Origin: Phoronis australis
Taxonomy: Eukaryota; Animalia; Phoronida
DNA: 64,000 nucleotides
Assembly (NCBI GenBank): GCA_002633005.1
Contig: NMRA01000674.1
Span: forward strand, 1-64,000
Direction: 5' to 3'
This document shows positions 11,817-24,200 of the stretch, piece by piece; within the stretch, counting starts at the first letter, position 1, and each line of letters opens with the position of its first letter. The notes under the pieces are model-generated. The model saw only the letters and a list, made by a program, of their open reading frames with translations. It was not told where the DNA came from and made no database searches. The position numbers and the translations under genes are program-made.

Positions 11817-13138
11817 TTTTTATGCGCCCACATATTTTTATGTGGTCGCATATCGCCGTCATCTCTGTCTGGGCGTCCGGCATCCGCAGCTGTATCTCCT
11901 AAACCCCTGGCAGGATCGTATTGAAATTTGGCAGGTGTGTTCCTATGGGGTCTACGACAGAGGGCGACGAGTTTCAGACGGACTCGAATACCGCTGTGCC
12001 CCCTGGTGGCAATTTTATTTTTTTACGTTTGCCTCTATCTTCAAAGGTCTTCTACCGATTTTCATGAACTTTGGTACATAGGCATCTATTAATGAGTTGA
12101 TGCTATCCTCCCGTTTTCGGATTGCTTCGATGGATTTTGCGCCATCTAGTGGCCATTTTTACTATTTTCGAGTCGTTTTTTGGCGTCCGATCCTCTAACA
12201 ACCAAACCACTCTAAGGATAATTGTGAAAATTGGCATGTATGGTCTTATTATGAAGAAGACAGTTGACGATGATTTTCCGATGACTTTGACTACTGTGGC
12301 ACCTCCCAGTGGTAGTTTTCTTTGTTTTTGCGCCCATGGCTGTATCTCCTAAACTCTCCACAGGATCTTTATTAAATTTAGCAAATGTATTTATATAAAG
12401 TTGACAACAGACGACGACGACGACTTTCGAACAGATGGGTGTACCGGTGTGCCCCCTAGTGGCAGTTTTAGTTTTTACATTTATCACTGTATCTTCAAAG
12501 GTACACAACGGATTTCCATAAAATTTGTCACATAGACATCCATTAGTGAGGTGATGCTAGCCATTCATCTTCAGATTGATTCAAGGTTTTTACGCCACCT
12601 AGTGACCATTTTTGTTGTTTTTTAGTCTGTTTTGTGGCGTTCGTCCTTCTGTCAACCAAACCACTCTAAGGATGATTGTGAAAGTTGGCATGTGTGTACT
12701 TTCTATTGCCGATGATTTTCTGACGACTTCGACTACTGTGGCTCCTCGTAGTGGCGGTTTTGTTTTTTTTTTGCACCCATACCTGTGTCTCCTAAGCCCT
12801 CTGCAGAATCTTTGTTAAATTTAGCATGTGTATTTATAGGAAGTCAACAAGAGAAGATGACGACTTTTAGACGGATCCGATGAACACTGTGCCTCCTAGT
12901 GGCAATTTCGTTTTTTTTGTTTTCCTCTGTTTATCTGAAGTTCCTAAGGGAATTTTAATTTAAGTTGTTAAGTGGCTTTCTTTTAAAGCAACAATGACAT
13001 TGTTTTGGTTTTCAGACAGATTCGACGTATTTTGCGCCATCTAGGGGTCATTTTAATGATGCAAATAAACAATCCTAATAGCACACCATTTGTGATGCAT
13101 TCGTGGGCGCATTTCACCGTTCTGTGTTGCTCTTGTTT
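11817..13138 (+). mobile_element. Full-length Helentron-associated non-autonomous element (HINE/DINE-1-like) with ~8 core repeats
   Basis: 5' T-run plus hairpin TATGCGCCCACATA...TATGTGGTCGCATA, a short GTCC-type tract, ~143-160-bp tandem cores, 3' subterminal inverted repeat GTGGGCGCAT and ...CTTGTTT end. Confidence 0.8.
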
Positions 13139-13197
13139 AAAGTTTCAAGAGCTCAGTTACCTATTTGCTAAAGAACATTGTATTTTTCTCTTTTTAG

Positions 13198-13533
13198 GAC
13201 TTGCGCAAGGGCATTGTCTGGTGCAAGCAAGTTTTCCGAGGGAAGAAGTTCGAGGGTGAGTGGAAATTAACTTCGGGACATAAGCCTGACTGGCACCTGT
13301 TGAGCAAAGAAGAGGCAGTTGAATATTGTTCATTGGACTCGTCCAAGTCAGTCCCCCCCAACATTGTGCCAGACAGGGTTGAGTGTCCACCACTATTGCG
13401 TCTTATGGAGGAGACTAAGATGAGAGATGTTGGACTTGAAGTGAGTGAGCCATTTATGTTAGACATTGACATACAAAGGGGATTCCATAACAACGCCATC
13501 CAGGAGAGTGAGTTGAGAGGAACTGCTGCATAG
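13198..13533 (+). CDS. MRPS34: Mitochondrial ribosomal protein S34 (mS34), coding exon 2 (spliced protein 171 aa)
   Basis: Polypyrimidine tract plus AG at 13196-13197, in frame with exon 1. DLRKGIVWCKQVFRGKK...KPDWHLLSKEE...CPPLL matches mS34; stop TAG at 13531-13533; AATAAA near 14285 and 14506. Confidence 0.9.
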   Translation, partial: DLRKGIVWCKQVFRGKKFEGEWKLTSGHKPDWHLLSKEEAVEYCSLDSSKSVPPNIVPDRVECPPLLRLMEETKMRDVGLEVSEPFMLDIDIQRGFHNNAIQESELRGTAA

Positions 13534-15639
13534 CAGTGTAGAGTAAACTTGGTATTTATTTGCTGCCATTCAGCCATTCTTTGGCCATTTTCACTTCACG
13601 AATTACAGTCAGCTATAGTCACTACATATCCAAGGGAACAGAGGGAACACCCATAGTCATCTGTTGTGAACTGTTGACCTTTGAACCTGACAATGGTCCA
13701 ACCATATTATGGACAGACTGGAATCTTCCAGGTAGCTGAAAGTAAACTGAAGAACTTCATTGTCATATGCAATAGTATGCATGTCTTTTGTTTATATCCA
13801 GCTGACTAGAATTATTATAGTTTGTGAGCTGAAAGCTTTTCACAGTGTTCTTACTCAGGCTAAAGATTTGGTCACTCCTTTTAATTCTCTGTTTACTGGG
13901 ACCATAAGATCATTGTGTGTAACTGTGAGTCAACTGTTGGACTTAGTTCACTGTCACTATGTCAGACTGATTGCTCATCCCTGTTTCACAAGTAGTGTTC
14001 ATGTTGGGGCCTGTTTTTTAGTGACAGTGTTGCTTTAGTTGTTATAATTTTCCATTTGTCAGAAGAAATTAATCAAGTAGTGAAATGAGGCGAATTAATA
14101 CTTCTAGTTTGACATGATCATAAGGTCATTCTTCACTTATTTCACACAAAAATAATTGTTAAAATTATGATTTTTTTTCCATTCTCCAACTGCTTACCTA
14201 TATGTGTTTTATGTCAAGTACACATTAGAAACCAAACCTCACTTGAATTTTCTTTATATTCATTTTTTTTCACAAATTTGACAAAATAAAAGTCTGCTTA
14301 TCTGCCATGTTGTATGCTGAATTGTAATTTAGTTTTTAAGTTGCAGATGTTGGGCCTCCAAAAGTCCGTGCAGTTTCCCTTTAATACTCTATAATCTTTG
14401 ATCTCCCCTCACATTGCATTTTGACATGTACCTGTACAGTCTGTTTTCCACCTGTGTCACTTGATTGAATAATGTGAACTTTTGCCTTGAGAACAGTTTA
14501 CAGTGAATAAACCGAAACGTTGGATCAGTATATCTTTGTTTACTTACTCGCTAATTTTATAGTCTTTAGGCCAAAAATGGCATAATTAGTTCCAGTTTGT
14601 ATTCCACATATCTTGAAACCTGCTCCTCACAGCTGGCATCAAGTGAGACTGGATAAAAAAGGAAGGATTGCAACCCACTTCAGCAGACATAAGTGACATT
14701 GGAGAAAAAGAATTCGGCCCATTTCAGCTGGCATAAGGTGGCGTTTTTTAGTTAAAGACTACTAAAAAGATTCAGTGTCCAAAAATCCACAGACCAGAAC
14801 CATTGGTTTACTCGATGTTCTCCAGGTGGCGCCTACGAATAAAGGTCTCTCTTTCTGAAGCATGAGTAGATTGGGAACAGAAAGCAGGTCATCAACATGG
14901 GGGTGTTCATGTGATAAGGGATCTGAGTGATGTGATTTACCTGAAAACAGACATTTCTTTGAGAGGATCCCGTGCTTTACTTGCAACACTTATTGAGTTT
15001 CATTATGGTATTTTCTTTGGCCCCATCTGTATTTATCACTCTAGTTGCTGGTGATTTTGTTACCCAAAGTTCACATGGATACTGTGAATGAAACACATGT
15101 CTGCTTCTTACTTGTACAACTTAGTATTTATTGGATTATACAGTACTGCAGTACATTACAAATCAAATCTGATCCATTTTCAAAACTGGATTGGTCACCT
15201 GTTCATCTCTTGTAGTACTGAAAAGTACTAGCTTTTCAAATAGCCTACTTTGGCATGGACAACCTTGTGTTATAGGCATTTTACATTCAAGAATATTTCA
15301 AATAAAAATCGGTTTGAAATATTTTGTTGTTTTTGTGCCCTTTCAAAAGTTAAATATGTCCGTTTATGGTGGCAGCATGTTGCCATGAAATGTGGTGTAG
15401 GAGTAGGCCTAATTTGTATGTGCTCATTGCTGTAATCATGCTGTAATACAGCCGTTTCCATGTTTTTTGTTCTTTTCAAAATGCATAAAGTTTTAGACTA
15501 ACCAGTTATTGTTTTACTGTTGTAGCTTTATATTGACCGGTGTTGATATGTGCTGTGTAGCATGGATTGGTTACCTATAAACTTAGGAAGGGACAAAAAC
15601 CTACTTAACAATTTAAATGCACCCACATCTTTATGTGTA

Positions 15640-15895
15640 TGCATGTGTGCACACAGGGGGGCTTGGGGGGCTTGAACGAGCCCCCGACTTGTCGAAGTGG
15701 GCAAAAAAGTCCACACCAGAGAAAAAAACTTCCAAAAAAGTACAAAACGAGATAAAAGTCCACTAAAAAGGCAGGAACTATCAAAATTCGGCTAATGCAC
15801 AATTCATAGCTCTGAACATAGCCCGTGAATCTTTCTAAAGGGTCCACATTCTCAAAAATTCGAGCACCCCCCAATTTTTAGGCTGCCCAGTGTGG
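15640..15895. mobile_element. Small GC-rich MITE-like remnant
   Basis: G/C-run subterminal motifs and repeated AAAAGTCCAC / AAAGGGTCCAC; ends not resolved. Confidence 0.4.
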
Positions 15896-17829
15896 CATGG
15901 TATGCATATTGGCTGTCATTTCCATCCAAGAGTTCGGGAACCCTCCATATATATATTATGCCCTAGTAAACTTTTCGATGGAGATTCTTGAAATTTTGTG
16001 TAGTTCCTGTCAAGGCAGCTGAAGTTGATTTGACTGCTATGTCCATGGCTCCTACTGCCAGATTAATATATTTATACGTTAAGTTGCACAATCGATGTTT
16101 TATAAAATTCAGCAGCTGTAGTTTTCAGTAATGAGAGTTGCACATGTGTGAATTTTCGAATGAATATCGCTGTGCAGTGTCTTGTGCTGGGTACGTAAAA
16201 TCTCTCCAGTTTCTGGAAAAATTTGATTTTCAAAGGCTTCTAACAGTGGTTTGAATGACTCTAATGTTTCAAAAAAATTCAGCTGTAACTGTGATGCAAA
16301 AGCAATATCTTTTTGCGACAAAAATGAGAAAACAAAATTTCACTTGCCCGTCATCTTTGTATACTAAACTGAAATAATGAGTTTCCTTCAGATTTTGCAA
16401 TTTGTGAACGCATATCAACGTTGCTATGCATTGTTCTTATTATTAATAACAATGCAATCGCAGGCCGCAAGAGAAGAGGCCCTGTGGAGTACGTAGTTAC
16501 CGCCACTGAGTGTTACAACCTACTGACATTTTTTTCTGAAAGCGTCCTTGTTTTTATCAGATTCATCAGTGACTGTGCCACGTGTAGCAACACATGGTAC
16601 GAGCCGCCTTTTTTAGAGAAAATTGATTTCTGCTCAGTTTATCAATCTCTAAGGCTTCACCTTTTAACGAGTATTCATTGGAAGATATTCCCTGGATTGG
16701 TTTTCTTTGTTAACTCTTTTCCCCAATGGACTGTTGGTGTATCATTCCAGATTATTACTGTTTCAATGTGATACGAGTTCCAAGCAGGGAAGCAGCTCAT
16801 TCTGCCCAAGGGGAAACTCACTAGACTCAACATAGTTATACAGCTATTTTGGGTAAACATTTGTCTGCCTCAGCTTAATTTGTCTAATAATAATGTTTAC
16901 CCATAACTCCATAATAATAATGTTTACCCATAACTCCATAGACATCAGAGGTAATTGAGTCTATGTGTAATTAGCTTGATGCCAGATTAAGAGAGAATTA
17001 TAAACTTACGAGTGTAACCACTTAATCCGCCTGCCAGAGACAAGCATTGGTGAATAGACCCTAAACTGCAGCGTGGTTAAAGCGGCTATAAACCCACATT
17101 CTTTCCTCAAAGCGAACTTTACCTTTTGTTGTAAAATTGGTATCAACTTATTCCTTACTCAGACAAGATGGGATTTTTCAGGTTTGCAATTAGTTCATTA
17201 TTCATTCAGATCATGCTGGCGCGTAAAATGGCAAGCTGTGACAAGCCAACTCGTGAAGCCTGGTGGCTCAAGCAACAACGAACTGCCACTGAATTCTTTC
17301 GAACACCTGGGCAGAGTTCAGTAACTGCGAGAAAATTCAGCTAAAATCCCGTGCTCTCGTTGAGAATACACGACGATATCTCGCGGAATCCCAGCGACTG
17401 AGATCTTAGTGATTTTCTAGCGAGAGAAGCGTGACTGAACTCTCCTGAAATCGTCTGCAATTTCACTAAGTTAAAATTTGAGACCAATTTCCTATTAAAC
17501 CTTAAGTGGTCAAATGAAAAGTTGATTTTATTGCGTTAGAAAGCCGGTTCCTTTGCCGCTTTAATTTGATATTTGATGATGCCACATTTCAGACCCATGG
17601 CTGGGACTGTAAAAATGGTTCTGAAACACACAAGCTGGCCGAGTTAGAGCAATGATTGATATCTGAATCCTTTCAAGTAAAATCTCCTGTGCACAAAATC
17701 TGTGCTGTTAGTTATAAGGGAGAATTCGCAAACGTGTGTTCAGTCTGTCAGCTGTGTCGGAGCGCGCATTTGTCACGGAGAAGGTGCTGTGTGTCCCTTT
17801 CTCACAGCTGAGCCCCTTCCCTTGCACCG

Positions 17830-18980
17830 TTTTTTTATGCGCCCACATATTTATATGTGGACGCATTATGCCGTCATCTCCGTCCGTCCGGGCGGCGTCC
17901 GTTCGGCGTCCGCTGCTTTATCTCCAAAACCCTTTGACATACGTTCATGAAATTTGGCACATATGAAGTTCCATTCATGAATGGGACGGCATGTGCGAAC
18001 TTTCGGACGGATCCGACTACCGGTGTGCCCCCTAGTGGCAATTTTAGTTTTTTACGCTTACCTTTGTATCTTCAAAAGTCCTGAACGGATTTTCATGAAA
18101 TTTGGTATGTAGGCACTTATTAGTGAGATGACGTTATCCTGCCGTTTTCAGATGGATTCGACATAGTTTGCGCCACCTAGTGGCTATTATTAGTGTTTTC
18201 GAGTCTGTTTTTGTGCGTCCACCCCTCTATCAACCAAACCACTCGAAGGATGATTGTGAAAATTGGCGTGTACGTTCTTACTATGAAGAGGACGGTTGAC
18301 GCTGATTTTCAGACGGTTTGGACTACTGTGGCGCCTCCTAGTGGCAGTTTTGTTTTTTTTGCGCCTATGGCTGTATCTCCTAAACCGTTCGCACGATCTT
18401 TACGAAATTTAATAAGTGTATTTATATTATGTTAACAACAGACGATGACGACTTTTGGACGGATCCGCCTACCAGTGTGCCCCCTAGTGGCAATTTTTAT
18501 TTTTTTACGTTTACCTCTGTATCTCCACAAGTCCTTAACGGATTTTCATGAAATTTGGTATGTAGACACCTATTAGTGCGATGACGCTATCCTCCCGTTT
18601 TCGGATGGATTAGACCTAGTTTGCGACACCCAGTGGCCATTTTTACTGTTTTTGAGTCTGTTTTTTGGCGTCCACCCCTCTATCAACCAAACCGCTCTAA
18701 GTATGATTGTGAAAATTGGCATGTACGTTCTTACTATGAAGAGGACGGTTGACGCTGAATTTCCCACGACTTTGATTACTGTGGCGCCTCCTAGTGGCAG
18801 TTTTTTTTCCGCCCATGGCTGTATCTCCTAAACCGTTTGCAGGATCTTTACTAAATTTAGCTAGTGTATTTATGTGATGTTGACAACGGACGATGACGAC
18901 TTTAGGATGATTCTGACTACCGGTATGCCTCTAGTGGCAATTTTAGTATTTTACATTGACCTCTGTATTTTCATAGGTCT
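17830..18980 (+). mobile_element. HINE/DINE-1-like element, 3'-truncated, with a higher-order ~452-bp trimer of core repeats
   Basis: Same 5' hairpin and CCGTCCGTCCG tract as 11817. Core motif at 18032, 18177, 18338, 18484, 18630, 18791 and 18931. Confidence 0.8.
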
Positions 18981-20199
18981 TCAGGTGTATACTTTGTGTT
19001 ACTAATCTATTTTGAAACTGGTTTGGTGTCTGCGAGTGGTCTAAATCAAAGACTGTTTTTGTGATGTTTTTTGCAGCTGTGTAAATTTAACTTCTGTTCT
19101 TTTACCTTGTTTCGTTTCTCTCAGTGGGAATCTCTCATTCTTGAAGTTTATTTTATTTGTTGTCTTTGACATGCTAGCAAAAAATCAGGTTATATCAGTT
19201 TGATCAGTTAAAGAGCATTGTGATATTTTTGTTTATCGGTACTCCAGTTCATTGGGTTTGAAAAAAGTTGAGATATGTCACTGCTTTATATCCAAATATT
19301 ATTTCCAAAAGGTTGCATTTGTGTTGGTCGTTAAGTTTGGTCTCAAAAAGTCTGCTTGAATGAAATCATTGGTCTCGTGTTCGTACACATGGCTCAGTTA
19401 GAGTGATGTAGAACAGTTCCTGAAGAGTTATTTCCTGCTGGAAAACAGGTTGTAAAATTCATGCTGGTGCCGAGAAGTTGTCGTTAGCCCACTGTGCCGT
19501 TTGTGGGATCCAATTTATCTATCCTCAGACGCTAATTGTCTCTACTTCTCTGTCCAGTGCCTAATTTGGTCGACTGGCGAGAAGCGCACGATTACAATCA
19601 AGTCTGGCTCAGAAGCGTCCAATGTCTGGGATGTTTCCTAGTATGAATCACCGTAGTGTCAAGAATAATCACTGGTAATAAAAACCATTGTTAATTATCT
19701 AGAACAACAAATTAGAGGGGTTGATAGCCTAAATGTCAATATAAAGAGATAGAGAGAGAAATGGTCATAGAAATGTGAAGATGCTTGATTGTTTTAACAG
19801 GTGTTTTAATTGATGGCTGCGATATTGAGTGTTTGTGTGAGCAAGGTGGTTCACTGGACCTAGTCTACGAATGTGTATACTATTTATTACGTATGGTTAC
19901 CCAATAACCACCGGTGATTAGTAATAGGCTATCGAGTTTGTAGAATGCATTTTCTGCCTGGTAAACAGTTTTTCGAGTCGTGTACTGCAACCAAGTCAAA
20001 GTTTTGGATGACATTGAAAAACAGCGTTTACACTGTTCATGTAGTAAGATGGTCAAGCGAGCCCTGGCTTATCTCACAGAAAGAAAAAAAATCATGTGGG
20101 TGAGCGACATTCATTTGGAGATGACAAGGGCAACTCAACGAAATTGTGCACCACACACACACAACAAGAGTAACAAAACGTTCCAATCTACAAGCAAAC

Positions 20200-20990
20200 T
20201 ATTACTACTACCATTGTTAACTACTGTCACTAACTACTACTAGGTTCTACTATTCTATTATTACTAATACTGCTACTACTTATCACTGCCACTAATTACT
20301 AAATACTAGCGCTACTTCTAGTATTGCTGCTACTACTACTACTACTACTACTGCTACTGCTACTGCTATTACTACTACTACTGCTACTACTACTACTACT
20401 GCTACTACTACCACTACTACTACTNNNNNNNNNNNNNNNNNNNNNNNNNNNNNNNNNNNNNNNNNNNNNNNNNNNNNNNNNNNNNNNNNNNNNNNNNNNN
20501 NNNNNNNNNNNNNNNNNNNNNNNNNNNNNNNNNNNNNNNNNNNNNNNNNNNNNNNNNNNNNNNNNNNNNNNNNNNNNNNNNNNNNNNNNNNNNNNNNNNN
20601 NNNNNNNNNNNNNNNNNNNNNNNNNNNNNNNNNNNNNNNNNNNNNNNNNNNNNNNNNNNNNNNNNNNNNNNNNNNNNNNNNNNNNNNNNNNNNNNNNNNN
20701 NNNNNNNNNNNNNNNNNNNNNNNNNNNNNNNNNNNNNNNNNNNNNNNNNNNNNNNNNNNNNNNNNNNNNNNNNNNNNNNNNNNNNNNNNNNNNNNNNNNN
20801 NNNNNNNNNNNCTACTGCTACTATACTACTACTACTTCTAACTACTACTACTATACTACTACTACTTCTAACTACTACTACTATACTACTACTACTTCTA
20901 ACTACTACTACTATACTACTACTACTTCTAACTACTACTAGTATTGATGCTACTACTGCTACTGCCACTACCACCACCCACTACCACCAC

Positions 20991-21033
<43 letters not shown>

Positions 21034-21200
21034 CCTAATAATAATAATAATCCTGATAATAAATAATAGTAATAGTAACTACTACTAGTAGTATTGTTGG
21101 TACTACAACAACAACAACAACTACTACTACTACTACTACCACTTCTGCTAATAACTAGTATTGGTACTACTGTTGCTGCTGCTGCTTTCACTAGTACTAG

Positions 21201-21238
<38 letters not shown>

Positions 21239-21255
21239 TTATTAGTAATAGTAAT
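20200..21255. repeat. Compound (CTA)n/(AAT)n microsatellite with a 30-bp minisatellite, spanning an assembly gap
   Basis: Direct reading; N run 20425-20811; CTATACTACTACTACTTCTAACTACTACTA x4 at 20821-20940. Confidence 0.95.
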
Positions 21256-24200
21256 AGAAAATGCGCAAATGACGATGGAGCCATTCAACTCTGTGCTTCA
21301 GGGCACAATCTTTGCTAAAGCTTGCGTGAGGGTGATACTTCATTGGGTGACCATCGTGAATAGGTTATACATGGGGTTAATTTGAAGACAACTTGATTGG
21401 ATGCCATCTCCTGTTCCCCCATTCAGCCTCAGTCACTTTTGCAACATTTCAGGATGCATTATACGGGACGCTCCTCTTAAATTATAAGCAAGCTGAGTTT
21501 TGTCCATCGATTGTAAACCACTGGACTTTTATAGCGTAAATATTTACAAGAACTGCTTGCTTGTGAACATGGGTGATTCACTCAAAAAGAGAAGCACGTA
21601 GATTTTATATAAATAAACCTCTGCCAAATACGTGTTGACAGGGTGTCAGCTTGGCTCACACACTTCTAACACTGTTTATTGAAATAATATGTGGGAATGC
21701 ATAGGAGATCGGAACAGATGATTTCTTCTAGTAAACCACCAAGCAAATGTGAGGCCCCAGTTAAAGATGGATATCTGCTACTTTTCACCAGTAGCTCCAG
21801 ATCGTTGGCCGGGATCGTTGGTCTGTTTCGATCTTCTTTTCAGAATGGTCAAAATTTTACAGACACGTGTTTTTGCTTTTGGTTTGAATAATAATTGGTT
21901 ATTTGAGAAATGGGCAATTGGTTTTCTCGTATTTCTTTAATTTTGCTATCCTATTATCGACACAAGAACGCTGTTCGTTTCTTTCCATTTTTACAGCCTC
22001 CGCAATCTGTATTTACTACTAGTTTTGGAGAAAATATTTACAAGACGTACTGATGTCTGAGGTTTCTAATGTTCTGCATTTGTAAAAATGAGTCATGGAA
22101 ACGTGTTTGATTATCTTGCATCCATGTACGGTTTTGTAACAAAACATCTGTTCTTGTGTAACTTCCTGCAGCCATAATGCTACAGAATCTGGTGTTTACA
22201 GGACAATTACATCGCAGTCATCACTTTACGACCAGCATATAGCTAAGCGGTTGCAACAGGCTGTCATCTATGGTTGGCGTAATGTGACATAATTCCGACT
22301 TATGTCTGACATAAATCCGAATCTGTCATAAATCAGAATTATGTCATACATATATCAGATTTATATCAGACATAAATAATAATGTCTGATTAAAATAATT
22401 CATGTTTAGCTTAATTCTCGAATAATATGCATAATTCATTAATGCCAACTATGATCTTATATCAGATATAAATAATATTAATATCCACTATTATTCTATT
22501 TATATGCTTTTAAGCACTGAAAATATGACTCTAAACTGTTAAAACACATTTTGCACATACTATTAGGTTCCAGATTTTGTTCGTGCATAATGTACTCTTG
22601 ATTCAATTGTATTCATAAAATTTTAGATTTTTATTATCAGAAATCTACCAAAAGCTCCTTGTCCTTGCATCACCACTCTGGGAAACAGGACTAGCGTGAT
22701 TTTACTTGTAAACTAAAGGGTCATGTTTACGCGGATGTCACCAGCTTAGAAGTTTGATGCACACCAGGAATGGAGATAGACCGTTACAAATGACCTCTCT
22801 GGTAATCTGTGATAGCTAATGGGACACCACGACAATGAAAGCATATTAACATGTGATTTTTTGACTAATTTATGTCACTCTATTCCTAATTATGAGATAT
22901 CCCAGACCTCAGCAAGACGCGTGCTGGGAGCTAGTGTAGACATGCATACTCTAGTTTGTACAGGCATTAGGGATTTTGAGACGGCTGTTAATTCACTCCT
23001 TGGGGGTACTCATATCGATCAAGAAGACGTGGCTGACTTTTTCACAACCAGTTTCCCTATGAAAGGGGCTTGTCGTCGATACAAACAATGTAATTACTAA
23101 ATTAGAAAACAATTATTAAGTTTGGTTTGCCTGTAACGTACTAATGTGAGAACCATATTGGTTCTAAAGGTAATTATTAGATTTATTCGTGGCCTTTTGT
23201 GTCTGGTTATCAAAAAGGTTTTACATGCTTCTGTTCACAATTTTAGTTCAAAATTCAAAGTATGATAATGATTGTGCGCGATAATAATTATGATCACTGA
23301 GACATTTTCAAAACGTTTACAGAAGGTCCTGTAATAAAAGTTTTTGTGCAAATTATAAGCAGCAAGTTCAAAACAAAAATGACGATAGAGTGCAACATGA
23401 AAGACATGTCAATGTTAGGCAAATATCACTTCAGATACAATAGTCAAACAAAATAGAGTCAGAAAACCGTAACGTTCACTTCACCTTCTGTACGTGCTTA
23501 CTCTGTTCCTGCACCCAAAGTATCTACAGTACCTTATCTTTTGGGTATTTCCATGTATATAACAGCCTAGGCCTACTCCTCAGTATTTAACCGTCTCAAA
23601 AGACTGTCTTTTATCTGAAAATATCTAAGAAACCGTTAAAAGTCACATTGTTTATTCAACATCCGCCGTTATTTGTGTACATTTATCCAATGGTTTCATT
23701 CTTGACAATCATTGTAAGAAGGACTGAGTTCTCGGCCTACACTCAGTTCAAGCTACTGAAAAACTGCCTGATGATTGTTTAGTTGGTTCAACAACCTACT
23801 AGAAATACATGTGAAACGGATCTGGGACACTTAATGGTGCCTTTTACTCCACCGATATCATATTATTCCTTATCGTGGAATTCTATTTCCCAAATTACCA
23901 GCAAGAACATCGATACCATCAGCGATTCAAGAAAACGCTTCAGAGTTTGATTGGCCAACCCTAAGATTGTGAATTAGAAAATGACGCATGTGCTCATTGC
24001 TTGTGACTTGACTTTTTGTTGGTAAAGGCAATGGCGTTCTATCATGGTAAGGAATACGAGACCAATTTCATAAAATTAAATGGCCTTTTGTTTTCAAGGG
24101 TGAAATGCAGCTTTAAACTTACCAAAAATGACTGTTTTCTTCAATATTTAAATCGAAGATCTAGAGCTGCCTTCTGTACTTCTGAAAGCATGTCCGTAAA

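Noticed and set aside
13157-13577. Minus-strand ORFs over MRPS34 exon 2
   Set aside because: Antisense shadows with no recognisable motifs.
14762-14989. Possible minus-strand exon after a TTTTCAG acceptor
   Set aside because: No recognisable product in any frame and no partner exons found.
11817-18980. Regularly spaced repeats resembling a CRISPR array
   Set aside because: Whole ~150-bp units are homologous (no unique spacers), the context is eukaryotic and there are no cas genes.
20324-21385. Poly-L/T/V ORFs
   Set aside because: Translations of (CTA)n/(AAT)n microsatellite and the N gap.
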